Positions 48,036 through 57,401 of a stretch of DNA of 64,000 nucleotides are shown piece by piece. This DNA is from a virus: the IMG/VR virus record IMGVR_UViG_3300030049_000007; one strand, given 5' to 3'. Every line of letters starts with the position of its first letter. Positions within the stretch are counted from its first letter, which is position 1. The translations under genes were made by a program, and so were the position numbers. The notes below the pieces were generated by a model. It was given only the letters and a program-made list of their open reading frames with translations. It made no database searches and was not told the DNA's origin.

Positions 48036-48662
48036 TTACTTTAAGTGCAATGTTTTGAGGCATTTCTCAAACTCGTTATACGATTCAAACTTGAGGATTT
48101 CTGGACGATCAGGGCATTCAAAGAAAGTCTTCACGACTGTCCACTGTCCATCCGTTTCTTTGGAGATAGTAACTTTATTACTAAGATATCGTTTATTCTT
48201 TCCAATAATAATATTTTTACCCTTAACGTTTGCGATCTTAATCTCTACATCGATAATTCCAGTATTAATATGATCATAAAGATCCTTTTTGTATAACTGA
48301 TTTTCTACTTTCTGCCTATATTCAAAAGTATGAACTTCCTTAAGTTTATGCTCCGAAGATAGAATCCTCTCAATTTTTTCTTTAGTAGTACATCCACTAA
48401 TATCAATAACACCTTCAAGTAGATTTTCTTCGGATAACTTTTTAACCCCAGTAGGATGATTTGGAATTTCAATATTAATCAAATAATATTTAACCCCACG
48501 ACCCTTACCACCCTTCTTAACTTCCTGAAGATCTAATGCTGCATTAACTAACCTCTTAATATCATTAAGATTATCATCTCCAAATTCATTTCTCAGATCA
48601 TCTACACTGGCTCCAGATGTTCCATGTTTACCAAGACTTTTCAAAAGATCAGCTAACCGCAT
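48036..48662 (-). CDS. Winged-helix DNA-binding protein (paralog 3)
   Basis: GAS..DL...GKGRGVKYY. Confidence 0.6.
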   Translation of the reverse strand: MRLADLLKSLGKHGTSGASVDDLRNEFGDDNLNDIKRLVNAALDLQEVKKGGKGRGVKYYLINIEIPNHPTGVKKLSEENLLEGVIDISGCTTKEKIERILSSEHKLKEVHTFEYRQKVENQLYKKDLYDHINTGIIDVEIKIANVKGKNIIIGKNKRYLSNKVTISKETDGQWTVVKTFFECPDRPEILKFESYNEFEKCLKTLHLK

Positions 48663-49267
48663 TAAATTTCTCCAGAAAAAAGAATTCTTAGATATTCCCT
48701 CATATCTTCATAATCATTAAAAGTCTCTACTTCAAATGATTCAGTATGAGTATTATATTTATTAATAATAAACTTTCTTCCAATTTGTTTAATTCCCATC
48801 TTATTATAAACTGTGCGAGAGATCTTTTGACCAATTACATTCTTCTTTTTTACCTTATCATATCTTACAAAATTCTGTTCTATAACAGATCCAGATTTGA
48901 AGAATGAAACTAAATCTTTATCATCTTTTCCAAACTTCATAATATTACAAAATACACCTTCTCCAGAAACTGGTTTATCTGATTTCAAAATAGATTCCAA
49001 TTCTGAATGATCTAATGAATCTGCAAATTCTTCAACTTCCGATTCTTTCTTTGGTTCTGGTTTTACGGGCTCTATACCTTTAGCATAATATCTAGTTCCG
49101 CGCTTTTTACCTTCTGTAAAAATTTCATCATTATTAAGTCCAGATTTAATATATTGTTTCAATAAAGATTCATCTTCGAATAATTCTTTTAACTCTCCCA
49201 TTGAAGCGCCAGTTGGTTGAGTTTTCAAATATGTTACTAACTCTCTAAGACTATCCATTTTTGACAT
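48662..49267 (-). CDS. Winged-helix DNA-binding protein (paralog 2)
   Basis: GAS..EL...GKKRGTRYY. Confidence 0.6.
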   Translation of the reverse strand: MSKMDSLRELVTYLKTQPTGASMGELKELFEDESLLKQYIKSGLNNDEIFTEGKKRGTRYYAKGIEPVKPEPKKESEVEEFADSLDHSELESILKSDKPVSGEGVFCNIMKFGKDDKDLVSFFKSGSVIEQNFVRYDKVKKKNVIGQKISRTVYNKMGIKQIGRKFIINKYNTHTESFEVETFNDYEDMREYLRILFSGEI

Positions 49268-50180
49268 TTGTTAGCCCATATATGAAACTAATACCATCTT
49301 TTATATTTTCAAATTTCTTAAGTTGATTTATAGTTCCATTTTTCATAAATTTAATTTGAAAAATATCATTTCTATCTAAACCAACACTAATTGCAGTTGC
49401 TTCATCGGAAATAAGAAAATTACTTAATTCATCGATACGTTCTTCTACTCTTCGTTCTTTACTTAACTCTTCCATAATACTTTCAACTTCACTACAAGAT
49501 ACTGTTTTATAAATATATTTAGAAGACTTTCTAACGCCTTCGTGATAAATCTCTTCTTCATTACAAAGTTTATTTAATACATCAATAATATCACTTCTAC
49601 TTAATTCTAATTCTTCAATTATCATTGGAATTGTTACTACTTTACGCTTTTTAATAAAATCTAAAATATCACTATAATTATTACTTGGTGTATCATTCTT
49701 ATTTTCTTTAACTTCTTCAGATTCAGAATCACCTTTACCAACTAATCTATATTTGGTCCAACGTAAAGATCCTTGTGATTCCACTTTCTTTTCTTCAATC
49801 AATTCCTTAACTGATGACAAGATGTTAGGAACTGAAACATCATCAATTCCCAACTCAGTTCTAGCCCACCACCCTGGAAACTTTTCTGACAGGTCTAGGA
49901 TGCGTTGCTTTAAATCAGAATTAGAGGTATTGAAAGTTTCAGATACTTCTACTTCTTCTTTTAAATTCATATTAGATGTATAATAGGCTCCTTTTTTATT
50001 ACCGATCATTTGAATTCTATTTTCGATACGCAAATTATTTAAGGCATAGCGCAAAACAAATTCAGGGTTATTTGGATACTTCTCAAACAAATCTTTTGTT
50101 GTAAAAGTTTCTTTTGTAGAAGCAAATTTTAATATCTTTTCTTCTAACTCAATTGGAATGTCTTTCTTTTCGATTCCCAA
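49251..50180 (-). CDS. Triple winged-helix DNA-binding protein (paralog 1)
   Basis: GNKKGAYY, GSLRWTKY and GVRKSSKY repeats. Confidence 0.6.
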   Translation of the reverse strand: MGIEKKDIPIELEEKILKFASTKETFTTKDLFEKYPNNPEFVLRYALNNLRIENRIQMIGNKKGAYYTSNMNLKEEVEVSETFNTSNSDLKQRILDLSEKFPGWWARTELGIDDVSVPNILSSVKELIEEKKVESQGSLRWTKYRLVGKGDSESEEVKENKNDTPSNNYSDILDFIKKRKVVTIPMIIEELELSRSDIIDVLNKLCNEEEIYHEGVRKSSKYIYKTVSCSEVESIMEELSKERRVEERIDELSNFLISDEATAISVGLDRNDIFQIKFMKNGTINQLKKFENIKDGISFIYGLTNVKNG

Positions 50181-50409
50181 CTTTACAATTCCTCAGGAAT
50201 TAATTCCTCTTCAGTATAATATTTACCATCAACTTCATAATTAATGCTTAATACTTCGCCACAGACTTCTTCTGTTTTAGCATCTTGTTTACTAATTAAA
50301 TTCCATAATTTTTCATTATCTTCATTTAATTCTTTCAAATGATCTAAATTTTCTATTTCAAATTCAATATTTTCCGTAACATTATGCTCAAGAATCATTG
50401 TTACTTTCA

Positions 50410-51042
50410 TTATACTTCTCCAAGAATTAATTCCTTAAAATAAGGAAGTTGTTCGATTGCAGGGCAGATAACTTCACGCCATTCTGGCATTCTGTGATTA
50501 AGTCTGTCTCTATGTATGGACGCAAGACATTCATAACTAAATGATCTATTACGAGCCTGTAACCAACCTTCCGGTAAACATGACTTCAGAATTTCAATTG
50601 GAATTTCTTGTCGAGAACCATATTGAAGAACTAATGAATCAATATTCCATTTAAATTGATTAATTACATATTCGGGAGTATAATCTACAAACATATCTTT
50701 AGTAATTTCTTTAACTTCTTTTAAAAGTGTATACATGGTACTTTCAGAAGAGATATTACCCACACCAACACTATAAGTATCCAGTTCAGCCCATATAGAA
50801 CGTGGCATATTAATGTGGAACCAAGCCGTAATACCTCTACGAAATTTACTATGCACAGGACCTTGTTTAATTAATTTAGATGCAAGAGCGGCATCTTTAG
50901 GACCAAGAATTAAGTTAGTGTCATAAGGAAATTTTGCTTTTAATTCAATTCGAGAATCACCTTTTGATTTAGTTGGAAATCTCATTCCAGCGGTAGATGC
51001 TATAAAACCAGCAACTTCAATTAATTTAAATTCTACATTCAT
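50410..51042 (-). CDS. ThyX-like (FAD-dependent thymidylate synthase fold) protein
   Basis: HSKF.R, W.ELDTY, S.STM, LP.G..Q.R, R..HR.PEW motifs. Confidence 0.6.
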   Translation of the reverse strand: MNVEFKLIEVAGFIASTAGMRFPTKSKGDSRIELKAKFPYDTNLILGPKDAALASKLIKQGPVHSKFRRGITAWFHINMPRSIWAELDTYSVGVGNISSESTMYTLLKEVKEITKDMFVDYTPEYVINQFKWNIDSLVLQYGSRQEIPIEILKSCLPEGWLQARNRSFSYECLASIHRDRLNHRMPEWREVICPAIEQLPYFKELILGEV

Positions 51043-51247
51043 ATCATATCCTTATGACAGACCAATTAAGTTATCAACTAAAATTTCTTCAAGTTCAATA
51101 TTATATAAATAATGTTCAATACAATTAATATTTTCTGTTAATAAAATTTCAGTAGGAATATTAAAATGTAATTGTAGATTACACTTAATAGATCTATTAA
51201 TATTTATAGTTTCAAGTTTATCAATTTCATATTTGATAGAATGCATA

Positions 51248-51655
51248 TTAAAGATTTGGATTAAGTGAAATCTTATAATTCATAGCTTTATCAAATGCTG
51301 TGAAGATAGGTTCCATACAAGCACTCCAGTCAAATTCTTCAGATTGGTCTGTGTATGTATTCCCACTATCTTCATCCATATATTCATAATTAGAACATTC
51401 AATTTGCTCCGCGACAACCCCATCTAACAAAATTAATTTTTCCAAATCATTATTACCTAAAGATCCAACCACGGGAAATCGAAAACTACAATATCGATTC
51501 TTGCCATATTCATCAGGATTATTGAATCTGATATAGCAAAAATCATGATCAATTCTACTAGTCCATTTCCAGGTGTGGCCGTAGAGATTGGCACACAATA
51601 CCTGAAGTGAACCTAATGAAATAATTCTAACTTTATTTACTAACCAAGTGATCAT
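51248..51655 (-). CDS. Hypothetical protein
   Basis: Translationally coupled ORF in the operon. Confidence 0.5.
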   Translation of the reverse strand: MITWLVNKVRIISLGSLQVLCANLYGHTWKWTSRIDHDFCYIRFNNPDEYGKNRYCSFRFPVVGSLGNNDLEKLILLDGVVAEQIECSNYEYMDEDSGNTYTDQSEEFDWSACMEPIFTAFDKAMNYKISLNPNL

Positions 51656-51829
51656 TCTACTTTCCTTCCATCAATTTCAATCACTTTACTTATACCAGTT
51701 TTTTCATCTAATTCAAGTGTTAATTCGAATTCATCACAAGTATGACTAAACATTTTAGTAGCTTCATAAGATAAACCTATTTCAACTCCTTTATCCCATA
51801 AAGAATCATCATTACCATGAACGTAAACC

Positions 51830-52144
51830 TTAACTATCTTCATTATCCTCTCCATAAGTTTCATCTAAATATTCTTTAGTTTCTTCTTCAGTTTTAAATG
51901 GACCTGACCAATCTGTACTATCAAGATAACCGGGCATTGTCAAACGACCAAACCATCCCTGTTTTGATTGATAAAGACCTAATTCTTTTGCATATTCTAT
52001 AGTAAATGGATGATAAGGATCATTATCTTCTGGACAAATCTCTTCTACAATATCCTCAAAAGACAATATACCTTGAGGTACACAAGTAATACCATTTTTA
52101 CTTTCAATAATATCAAACCAATCAAATACAATTTCTGGTATCAT
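51830..52144 (-). CDS. Hypothetical phage protein
   Basis: GWFGRL..PGYLD.TDW.GPF motif. Confidence 0.6.
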   Translation of the reverse strand: MIPEIVFDWFDIIESKNGITCVPQGILSFEDIVEEICPEDNDPYHPFTIEYAKELGLYQSKQGWFGRLTMPGYLDSTDWSGPFKTEEETKEYLDETYGEDNEDS

Positions 52145-52599
52145 TTACCTCTCCATGTCCCCGCAGCCTTCTGAGCCAATTCGTCAACAATTTCATTTAG
52201 AGTATTTCCATTATGTCCACGAACCCAAGTAGCTTTAACACTTTTATGTCGCTTAATTGCAGCATGTAACAATACCATTAAATCATGATTTAAACGCTTA
52301 GGATCTTTAATAAAAGAATTAATCCAGATATTAACCGAGTTGACGAGATAGGTAGCATCGGAAATAATCTCCACATGACATGGATGTTTTAGATAATTCA
52401 AACCATCGATAGCACCTTGTAGCTCCATTCGATTATTAGTTGTATTAATTATCTGTTTTGAAAAACTACTTTCTTTTTTTAATTCATAAAGTTCATATTC
52501 TGTATTATAAACTAAGTATTGAACTAAAAATGCATATCCACCTACATTACGTTTTCTAGAATATGCTCCATCTGTTATTAGTAATACTTTACTATTCAT
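52141..52599 (-). CDS. rnhA: Ribonuclease HI
   Basis: TDGA, TTNNRMEL, SD..Y, WVRGH.G...NE.VD.LA. Confidence 0.93.
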   Translation of the reverse strand: MNSKVLLITDGAYSRKRNVGGYAFLVQYLVYNTEYELYELKKESSFSKQIINTTNNRMELQGAIDGLNYLKHPCHVEIISDATYLVNSVNIWINSFIKDPKRLNHDLMVLLHAAIKRHKSVKATWVRGHNGNTLNEIVDELAQKAAGTWRGK

Positions 52600-52649
52600 A
52601 TTATTCCTAAATAGGTGTGTGACTTTTTAGATCACACACCTTTAGTTAT

Positions 52650-53162
52650 TTATACTTCCTTCAGACAATTATCGTAGCGTTCGAGAATTTCCTTAAGAAG
52701 TCCTTCAGTATCTTCTAAAGCAACATTCTCATAATGCCAATCGAGAATATCCTTCTGCTTAGCAATAAGATAAAACAGGATATTTTCATGATCACATTCA
52801 TAATTATGAAGAACATTAATAAATGCTTCAAGTCCAACGCGAATGCGATAATTATCTAATTCGAAATCTGCAATTACACTATTCTCACGAATATTTACTT
52901 TATAATTTTCAGTTACAAAAATATACTTATAAAGAAAACTATTACCAAAACTCTTATTAATAGCAAGAATTCGAGTAGCTTCAGGAATTTTCTTAAGACG
53001 ATCTAACTGTTCAATGCAAGTGAGAATTTCATCAGTAGAACCAATATGTTTACCTTTAAGTTCAAGAGCAAGAAAAATATTATCTTCATTAATAAAACCA
53101 GTAGTAGCAAAACTTTCATTCTTCTTAATGCGCTGTTCTAACTTGCGGTAATCGAAAGACAT
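52650..53162 (-). CDS. Hypothetical protein (start MSFDYRK)
   Basis: GAGG SD; follows the stop of the Tad2-like 3' fragment. Confidence 0.55.
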   Translation of the reverse strand: MSFDYRKLEQRIKKNESFATTGFINEDNIFLALELKGKHIGSTDEILTCIEQLDRLKKIPEATRILAINKSFGNSFLYKYIFVTENYKVNIRENSVIADFELDNYRIRVGLEAFINVLHNYECDHENILFYLIAKQKDILDWHYENVALEDTEGLLKEILERYDNCLKEV

Positions 53163-53164
53163 TA

Positions 53165-53246
53165 TTATACCTCGAACCAATCATCAGCAAGGATATCAGA
53201 AATAGAAGGAACCCAAGGAACACAAGATTCATCAACGGACTTAAGC
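53165..53246 (-). pseudogene. 3' fragment of a Tad2/DUF2829-like gene
   Basis: LKSVDESCVPWVPSISDILADDWFEV* immediately outside the IS right end. Confidence 0.8.
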
Positions 53247-54475
53247 TTGACATCCTCCCCACGGCTAAAGCCGGGGGATTCCCTTAATTAGAGTCTTATG
53301 TCCAAGACCGACATTGAGAATATTAATAGCTGCATTCACGTCACGATCATGAAGTGTATGACAACTTTCACATTCCCATTGCCTTACGGATAAGCCGCTT
53401 AGACCTTGATGTTCGCCGATTTCTCCACAAACATTACAAGTGCGACTTGTCCAACTCTCGTTAACCTCTTTAAACTCAATACCAAGCTTAATAGCTTTAT
53501 ATGCAAGCATTGAGCGTAGCTGGGACCATCCAGCATCGAGGACAGATTTAGCCATTTTAGTTTTCGTTAACTTAGATGAAGATACATCTCCAACTATTAC
53601 CAATTTAGAATCTTTTAATATATTGTTGGCAGTTTTATGATTCCAATCTTTTCTAATATTTTTGATTTTAGCATATATTTTAGTTACTTGATGCTTCTTG
53701 TTAGCTCGTTGAGCCATTGCTAATTGTTTTTCATAATATTTAGTAATATTTTCTCTATTATATTTACGACCATCTGAAAGAGTGGCATTTGTAGATAATC
53801 CTAAATCTATACCAATTTCAGAATTACCAGTTTGTTTTTTAAAATCTACTTCAACCGCAAAGTTAATATACCAATGTCCACGAGAATCTTCATTTAAGGA
53901 TATTGTGCGAATATCTTTAGGAATCTCTCTTGTTTTCCAAAATTTAAATGTCTTACCACTAAATGTAAAAAATGCATCTTTATTAAGTTTAATGTTTTGA
54001 TTTGTACATGGAATCCATCCAAGAGATCTCCTTGATCCTTTTGAAGTTCTCCAATTAAGTTTTTGTTTTTTAAATTGATAACGTTTTGTGGTATATTCTT
54101 TACAAATCTGTTGTATAGTGGCTGAGTTTAGATTTAATTCTTTACTAGATCCTTTAGTTAAATTATTTAAATCATAATAATTTAACCATTTAGAATATTT
54201 CTTTAATTGATTGTACGAGGCTTCATTACAGTAATTCCAAACTGTATTTACTGTATTAGCCCATCTTTTTAGATGGTGACTCTTAGAGCCACCATCTTTA
54301 ATTCTGAACTTATAAGTGAGTAACAATATATCCTCTCTTGGCACCGTCCAAATAGGACATTAATGGTAGTGCCTTACCATGATTTATTTTAACACCCTTA
54401 TGAGAGAAAATGATAGTGGGCAATTTATGCCTTGTATCCCCATAGCTAAAGCTAGGGGTTTTACGGCACTATTTG
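53247..54475 (-). mobile_element. IS200/IS605-family element, TnpB only (no TnpA)
   Basis: Subterminal hairpins CCCC..GCTTTAGC..GGGG at both ends; right end GAAT guide and TCAA; left end after TTAT (alternative junction at 54470). Confidence 0.85.
53265..54344 (-). CDS. tnpB: RNA-guided endonuclease TnpB
   Basis: GIDLG (RuvC-I), VGD (RuvC-II), TSRTC..C...C..C zinc finger, DRDVNAA.NI. Confidence 0.92.
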   Translation of the reverse strand: MPREDILLLTYKFRIKDGGSKSHHLKRWANTVNTVWNYCNEASYNQLKKYSKWLNYYDLNNLTKGSSKELNLNSATIQQICKEYTTKRYQFKKQKLNWRTSKGSRRSLGWIPCTNQNIKLNKDAFFTFSGKTFKFWKTREIPKDIRTISLNEDSRGHWYINFAVEVDFKKQTGNSEIGIDLGLSTNATLSDGRKYNRENITKYYEKQLAMAQRANKKHQVTKIYAKIKNIRKDWNHKTANNILKDSKLVIVGDVSSSKLTKTKMAKSVLDAGWSQLRSMLAYKAIKLGIEFKEVNESWTSRTCNVCGEIGEHQGLSGLSVRQWECESCHTLHDRDVNAAINILNVGLGHKTLIKGIPRL

Positions 54476-54667
54476 ATAAGGACGGAATTTTACAATAGTT
54501 CCAGCAGGCATATTTAATGCCTTCTGAGTATTTTCATTAATAGAAATACCATCTGGATATCCTAGTTGATAAAAAGCAAATTGACCAGAACCATTCCAAC
54601 CAGAACGAGACATTCGTTTACCTTCTTTTAATAAACAAAGAGCCGTACTAAACGTCAAACAATCCAT
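54461..54667 (-). pseudogene. 5' fragment of a Tad2/DUF2829-like gene, truncated by the IS
   Basis: TFS.AL..LK.GKR..R.GWNG motif; stops inside the IS left end. Confidence 0.8.
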
Positions 54668-55242
54668 TATTCATATTCTCCGAGTAAAAGCTTCGAGTAG
54701 ACGAAGGCCATAGTCTCAGTGTCACTCAATGCTCTATGGGCATTAGTATTAATGAAATTAAAATATTCAGCTAATACCTTAAGTGAATCTCCCTTAGTAG
54801 GAAGATTACTACGTCGAGATAATTGCATAGAACATTCAAATGGTGGAAGAATCATTCCATGTCCAGTTCGGATTAGGTTGAACTCCAACATCCGCTTATC
54901 GAATGCGGAGTTATGTGCCACGCATTTAATTGGTTTTACTTCTTCAACCCAATTACAGAAATCATTATATACTTCATCTCCACGGGCATTTGCCAGTTCA
55001 GAATTAGTAATACTCGTAATTTCAGTAATCTTTTCGCTAACTGGAAAACCCGGATTAATTAATTCTTCAAAAGTTTTAAACTCAATATTAAATCCATCAT
55101 AGATTGTGGCAATGGCTCCAATCTCAATGATATGTTCTTGTTTACCAAGCCCGGTCGTTTCAGTATCAATAAATAGAAGATTTCCTGTATATGGATATTT
55201 TTCATATAGCTTTTCAATAATTCCTTCGATACGTAATTCCAT
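54667..55242 (-). CDS. DEDDh 3'-5' exonuclease (DnaQ/Pol III epsilon-like)
   Basis: DTETTG, AHN..FD, HRALSD. Confidence 0.92.
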   Translation of the reverse strand: MELRIEGIIEKLYEKYPYTGNLLFIDTETTGLGKQEHIIEIGAIATIYDGFNIEFKTFEELINPGFPVSEKITEITSITNSELANARGDEVYNDFCNWVEEVKPIKCVAHNSAFDKRMLEFNLIRTGHGMILPPFECSMQLSRRSNLPTKGDSLKVLAEYFNFINTNAHRALSDTETMAFVYSKLLLGEYE

Positions 55243-55265
55243 TCTCTTAACCCTTTATAAGCAGC

Positions 55266-55300
55266 TAAAAAAAAGGGGAAATTACTTTCCCCTTTTTTCT
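55266..55300. terminator. Intrinsic terminator
   Basis: AAAAGGGGAAA-TTAC-TTTCCCCTTTT. Confidence 0.8.
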
Positions 55301-55315
55301 TAGATATTTAAATAA

Positions 55316-55807
55316 TTAAGCGTCTTCCGCAACCGCTTCATCCTCGGGTTCGGCAGTATCAGTGGCGCTATCGAAATCACGAACGTATTCCAGCTTGTAA
55401 TACGCATCGCCATTAGGACCATCCTTGAGGGGAACAGCCTCGCCACTCTTCAGCTTAACGAGCCAGTTGGTTCCGGGCTCACGACCAGTATTCGAAATAG
55501 CCTCATACTGGAAATCCTTACGCAACTTATCAGCCTTAGCGGTCAGAGTATCGTCAAGCTTAACAACTCCACCAAGAATAGCCTCGATGAGCTGCTTGGA
55601 ACGAATACTAACCACACCAGAACTCTGGCCGGCCTTACGCACTACAGAACTAATAGAACTCTGCACCTTTTCGCTGTCAGACTCATTAATGGCCTGTCCA
55701 ACGATAATAGCAAGCTTGGCTGGGTTAACGGAACCGACGAATCCACGGAAGGACTGGCCAAACTCAGTAGCGGGCTTGCGGGGGGCGCGGGTCTTAGCTT
55801 CAGACAT
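55316..55807 (-). CDS. Hypothetical protein, probably highly expressed and monocistronic
   Basis: AGGAG SD; GC-rich codons; own TTGAAG-N17-GATACT promoter and terminator. Confidence 0.7.
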   Translation of the reverse strand: MSEAKTRAPRKPATEFGQSFRGFVGSVNPAKLAIIVGQAINESDSEKVQSSISSVVRKAGQSSGVVSIRSKQLIEAILGGVVKLDDTLTAKADKLRKDFQYEAISNTGREPGTNWLVKLKSGEAVPLKDGPNGDAYYKLEYVRDFDSATDTAEPEDEAVAEDA

Positions 55808-55935
55808 TTTTCTCTCCTAGAGACGGTCAACAACGGTGCTGCCGTATGGTGTATTAGAAGTATCACACGTTTCGGATGTGACTTCAAGAAATTTCGAAAA
55901 AAAACGTATGGTGAAAATTTTTTCTGAAAAAGCGA

Positions 55936-56358
55936 CTAATCACTTGTTAATAGAAAGTTTTGAAAATCTTCTTTTGATGATGGTATTAAGTTAACCGTTA
56001 TTTCTTTATATGAAGTTTTCAACCAGTCATTATTTTTATCCTTTTCGAAATAGTTAAGAAATGATTTAATTTTATCCCGTGAAGTAGCTGACGAACTGCT
56101 AATTAACTTCACATATGTATTATAACAAAAACTAGGCTCTTTTTGCAACTTGATAATTTTATACTTAATATTAGTAATAGCTTTTAATTTATCAATTAGA
56201 TTTTCTTCAAATATAGTAGAACTATAATTATGAACTAAAATTTGCTTTGGTTTATATCTATAAATAATAATAATGTGTCCGTCTCTAAAAACTTTAATAG
56301 ATTTTTGATTTAAGGAAAGTTGAAGCAATTTCTTAAACTGGTCAATCTTTTCTTTCAC
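55936..56358 (-). CDS. Hypothetical protein
   Basis: Translationally coupled ORF. Confidence 0.5.
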   Translation of the reverse strand: MKEKIDQFKKLLQLSLNQKSIKVFRDGHIIIIYRYKPKQILVHNYSSTIFEENLIDKLKAITNIKYKIIKLQKEPSFCYNTYVKLISSSSATSRDKIKSFLNYFEKDKNNDWLKTSYKEITVNLIPSSKEDFQNFLLTSD

Positions 56359-57401
56359 TTAGAAAGTCCTCCAACAAAAGTTAATTGAGGACTTTTCCTC
56401 GCTACAAACATCTGATTATTTTTAGCTAACAAAATTTCAATGTAAGGAGTATTTTTAGTAAACTCTGTAGATGTAATTACACCTAGATGATCAAAAGGAA
56501 TTTTAATAGAAATACTATCTTCATTATTAAATTTAACATCTCCAACTAAGAATTCTGCACTTTGTAAATATATAAGTTTTAATGTATTTTTATCAAAAAT
56601 CATTTCTACAGATCTTACATCAACATCACTCTTTTTATGTAAACTTTGAATAATATTAAAAATAGAATTTAATTCACTAGTATTAATCTCTGCTATAATT
56701 TTATGAAATTCATTTACTTTATCTGAAATTGGTTTAATAATTGCAGACTTAGAGTTTGTTTGTGGAATATATATTTCACAATTATCATTTGAGAAAAAGA
56801 TGTGATTTTCGTTCGCATCCATTTTATCAAATGTATCAACAAATATTTTTGGAGCTACTTTAAGATTGATTTTGAAATTTGGAAGATTAGAATTTAATGG
56901 AACATAAACTACTTCATGAGGACTTGCATAGTAGATTAAATTTCCATCAAATACAATTGGATAGTTTTCAACTAAACATAATGGAACTACTGACTTTAAT
57001 CTATCAAAGAAAACTTGTTCTACATTATTCCAATTATTATGATCTTTCATTTGATAAACTTTGTCAGGAGAATCTGCTACAATTGTAAATTTATGTAAAT
57101 CAGTTTTTACATTTAATCTATAATTATCAGTATTTAGATTAAATTTAATATCTACATCTTTTGGCATACTACTGATGATAGTATAGAATTTAAATACATC
57201 TACACAAAATTCTCCTAACAATGGTGATCCGTGGTTATTTAAACTAATTTGTTTAATACCAGAATCACCATCGCAGCACCAATAAGTTATTTGCTTTTCA
57301 GTTCCCTTTATTTTTACATTTTTACATAATTCATAAGATGATTTCTCATTTGCAAATTCTTTTACTTTTTTTAAATATTTAGTTAATACACTAGCGATCA
57401 T
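56355..57401 (-). CDS. Putative sliding clamp (DnaN-like), diverged
   Basis: 348 aa; N-terminal pattern ..V.I.G...I...D....I......GEF.V....F..IIS.MP resembles the beta clamp; replication context. Confidence 0.5.
   Translation of the reverse strand: MIASVLTKYLKKVKEFANEKSSYELCKNVKIKGTEKQITYWCCDGDSGIKQISLNNHGSPLLGEFCVDVFKFYTIISSMPKDVDIKFNLNTDNYRLNVKTDLHKFTIVADSPDKVYQMKDHNNWNNVEQVFFDRLKSVVPLCLVENYPIVFDGNLIYYASPHEVVYVPLNSNLPNFKINLKVAPKIFVDTFDKMDANENHIFFSNDNCEIYIPQTNSKSAIIKPISDKVNEFHKIIAEINTSELNSIFNIIQSLHKKSDVDVRSVEMIFDKNTLKLIYLQSAEFLVGDVKFNNEDSISIKIPFDHLGVITSTEFTKNTPYIEILLAKNNQMFVARKSPQLTFVGGLSK

Noticed and set aside
53247-54475. IStron (intron-IS hybrid) that would splice out of the tad2-like mRNA
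   Set aside because: Only about 130 nt lie between the left end and tnpB, with no group I P/Q/R/S elements
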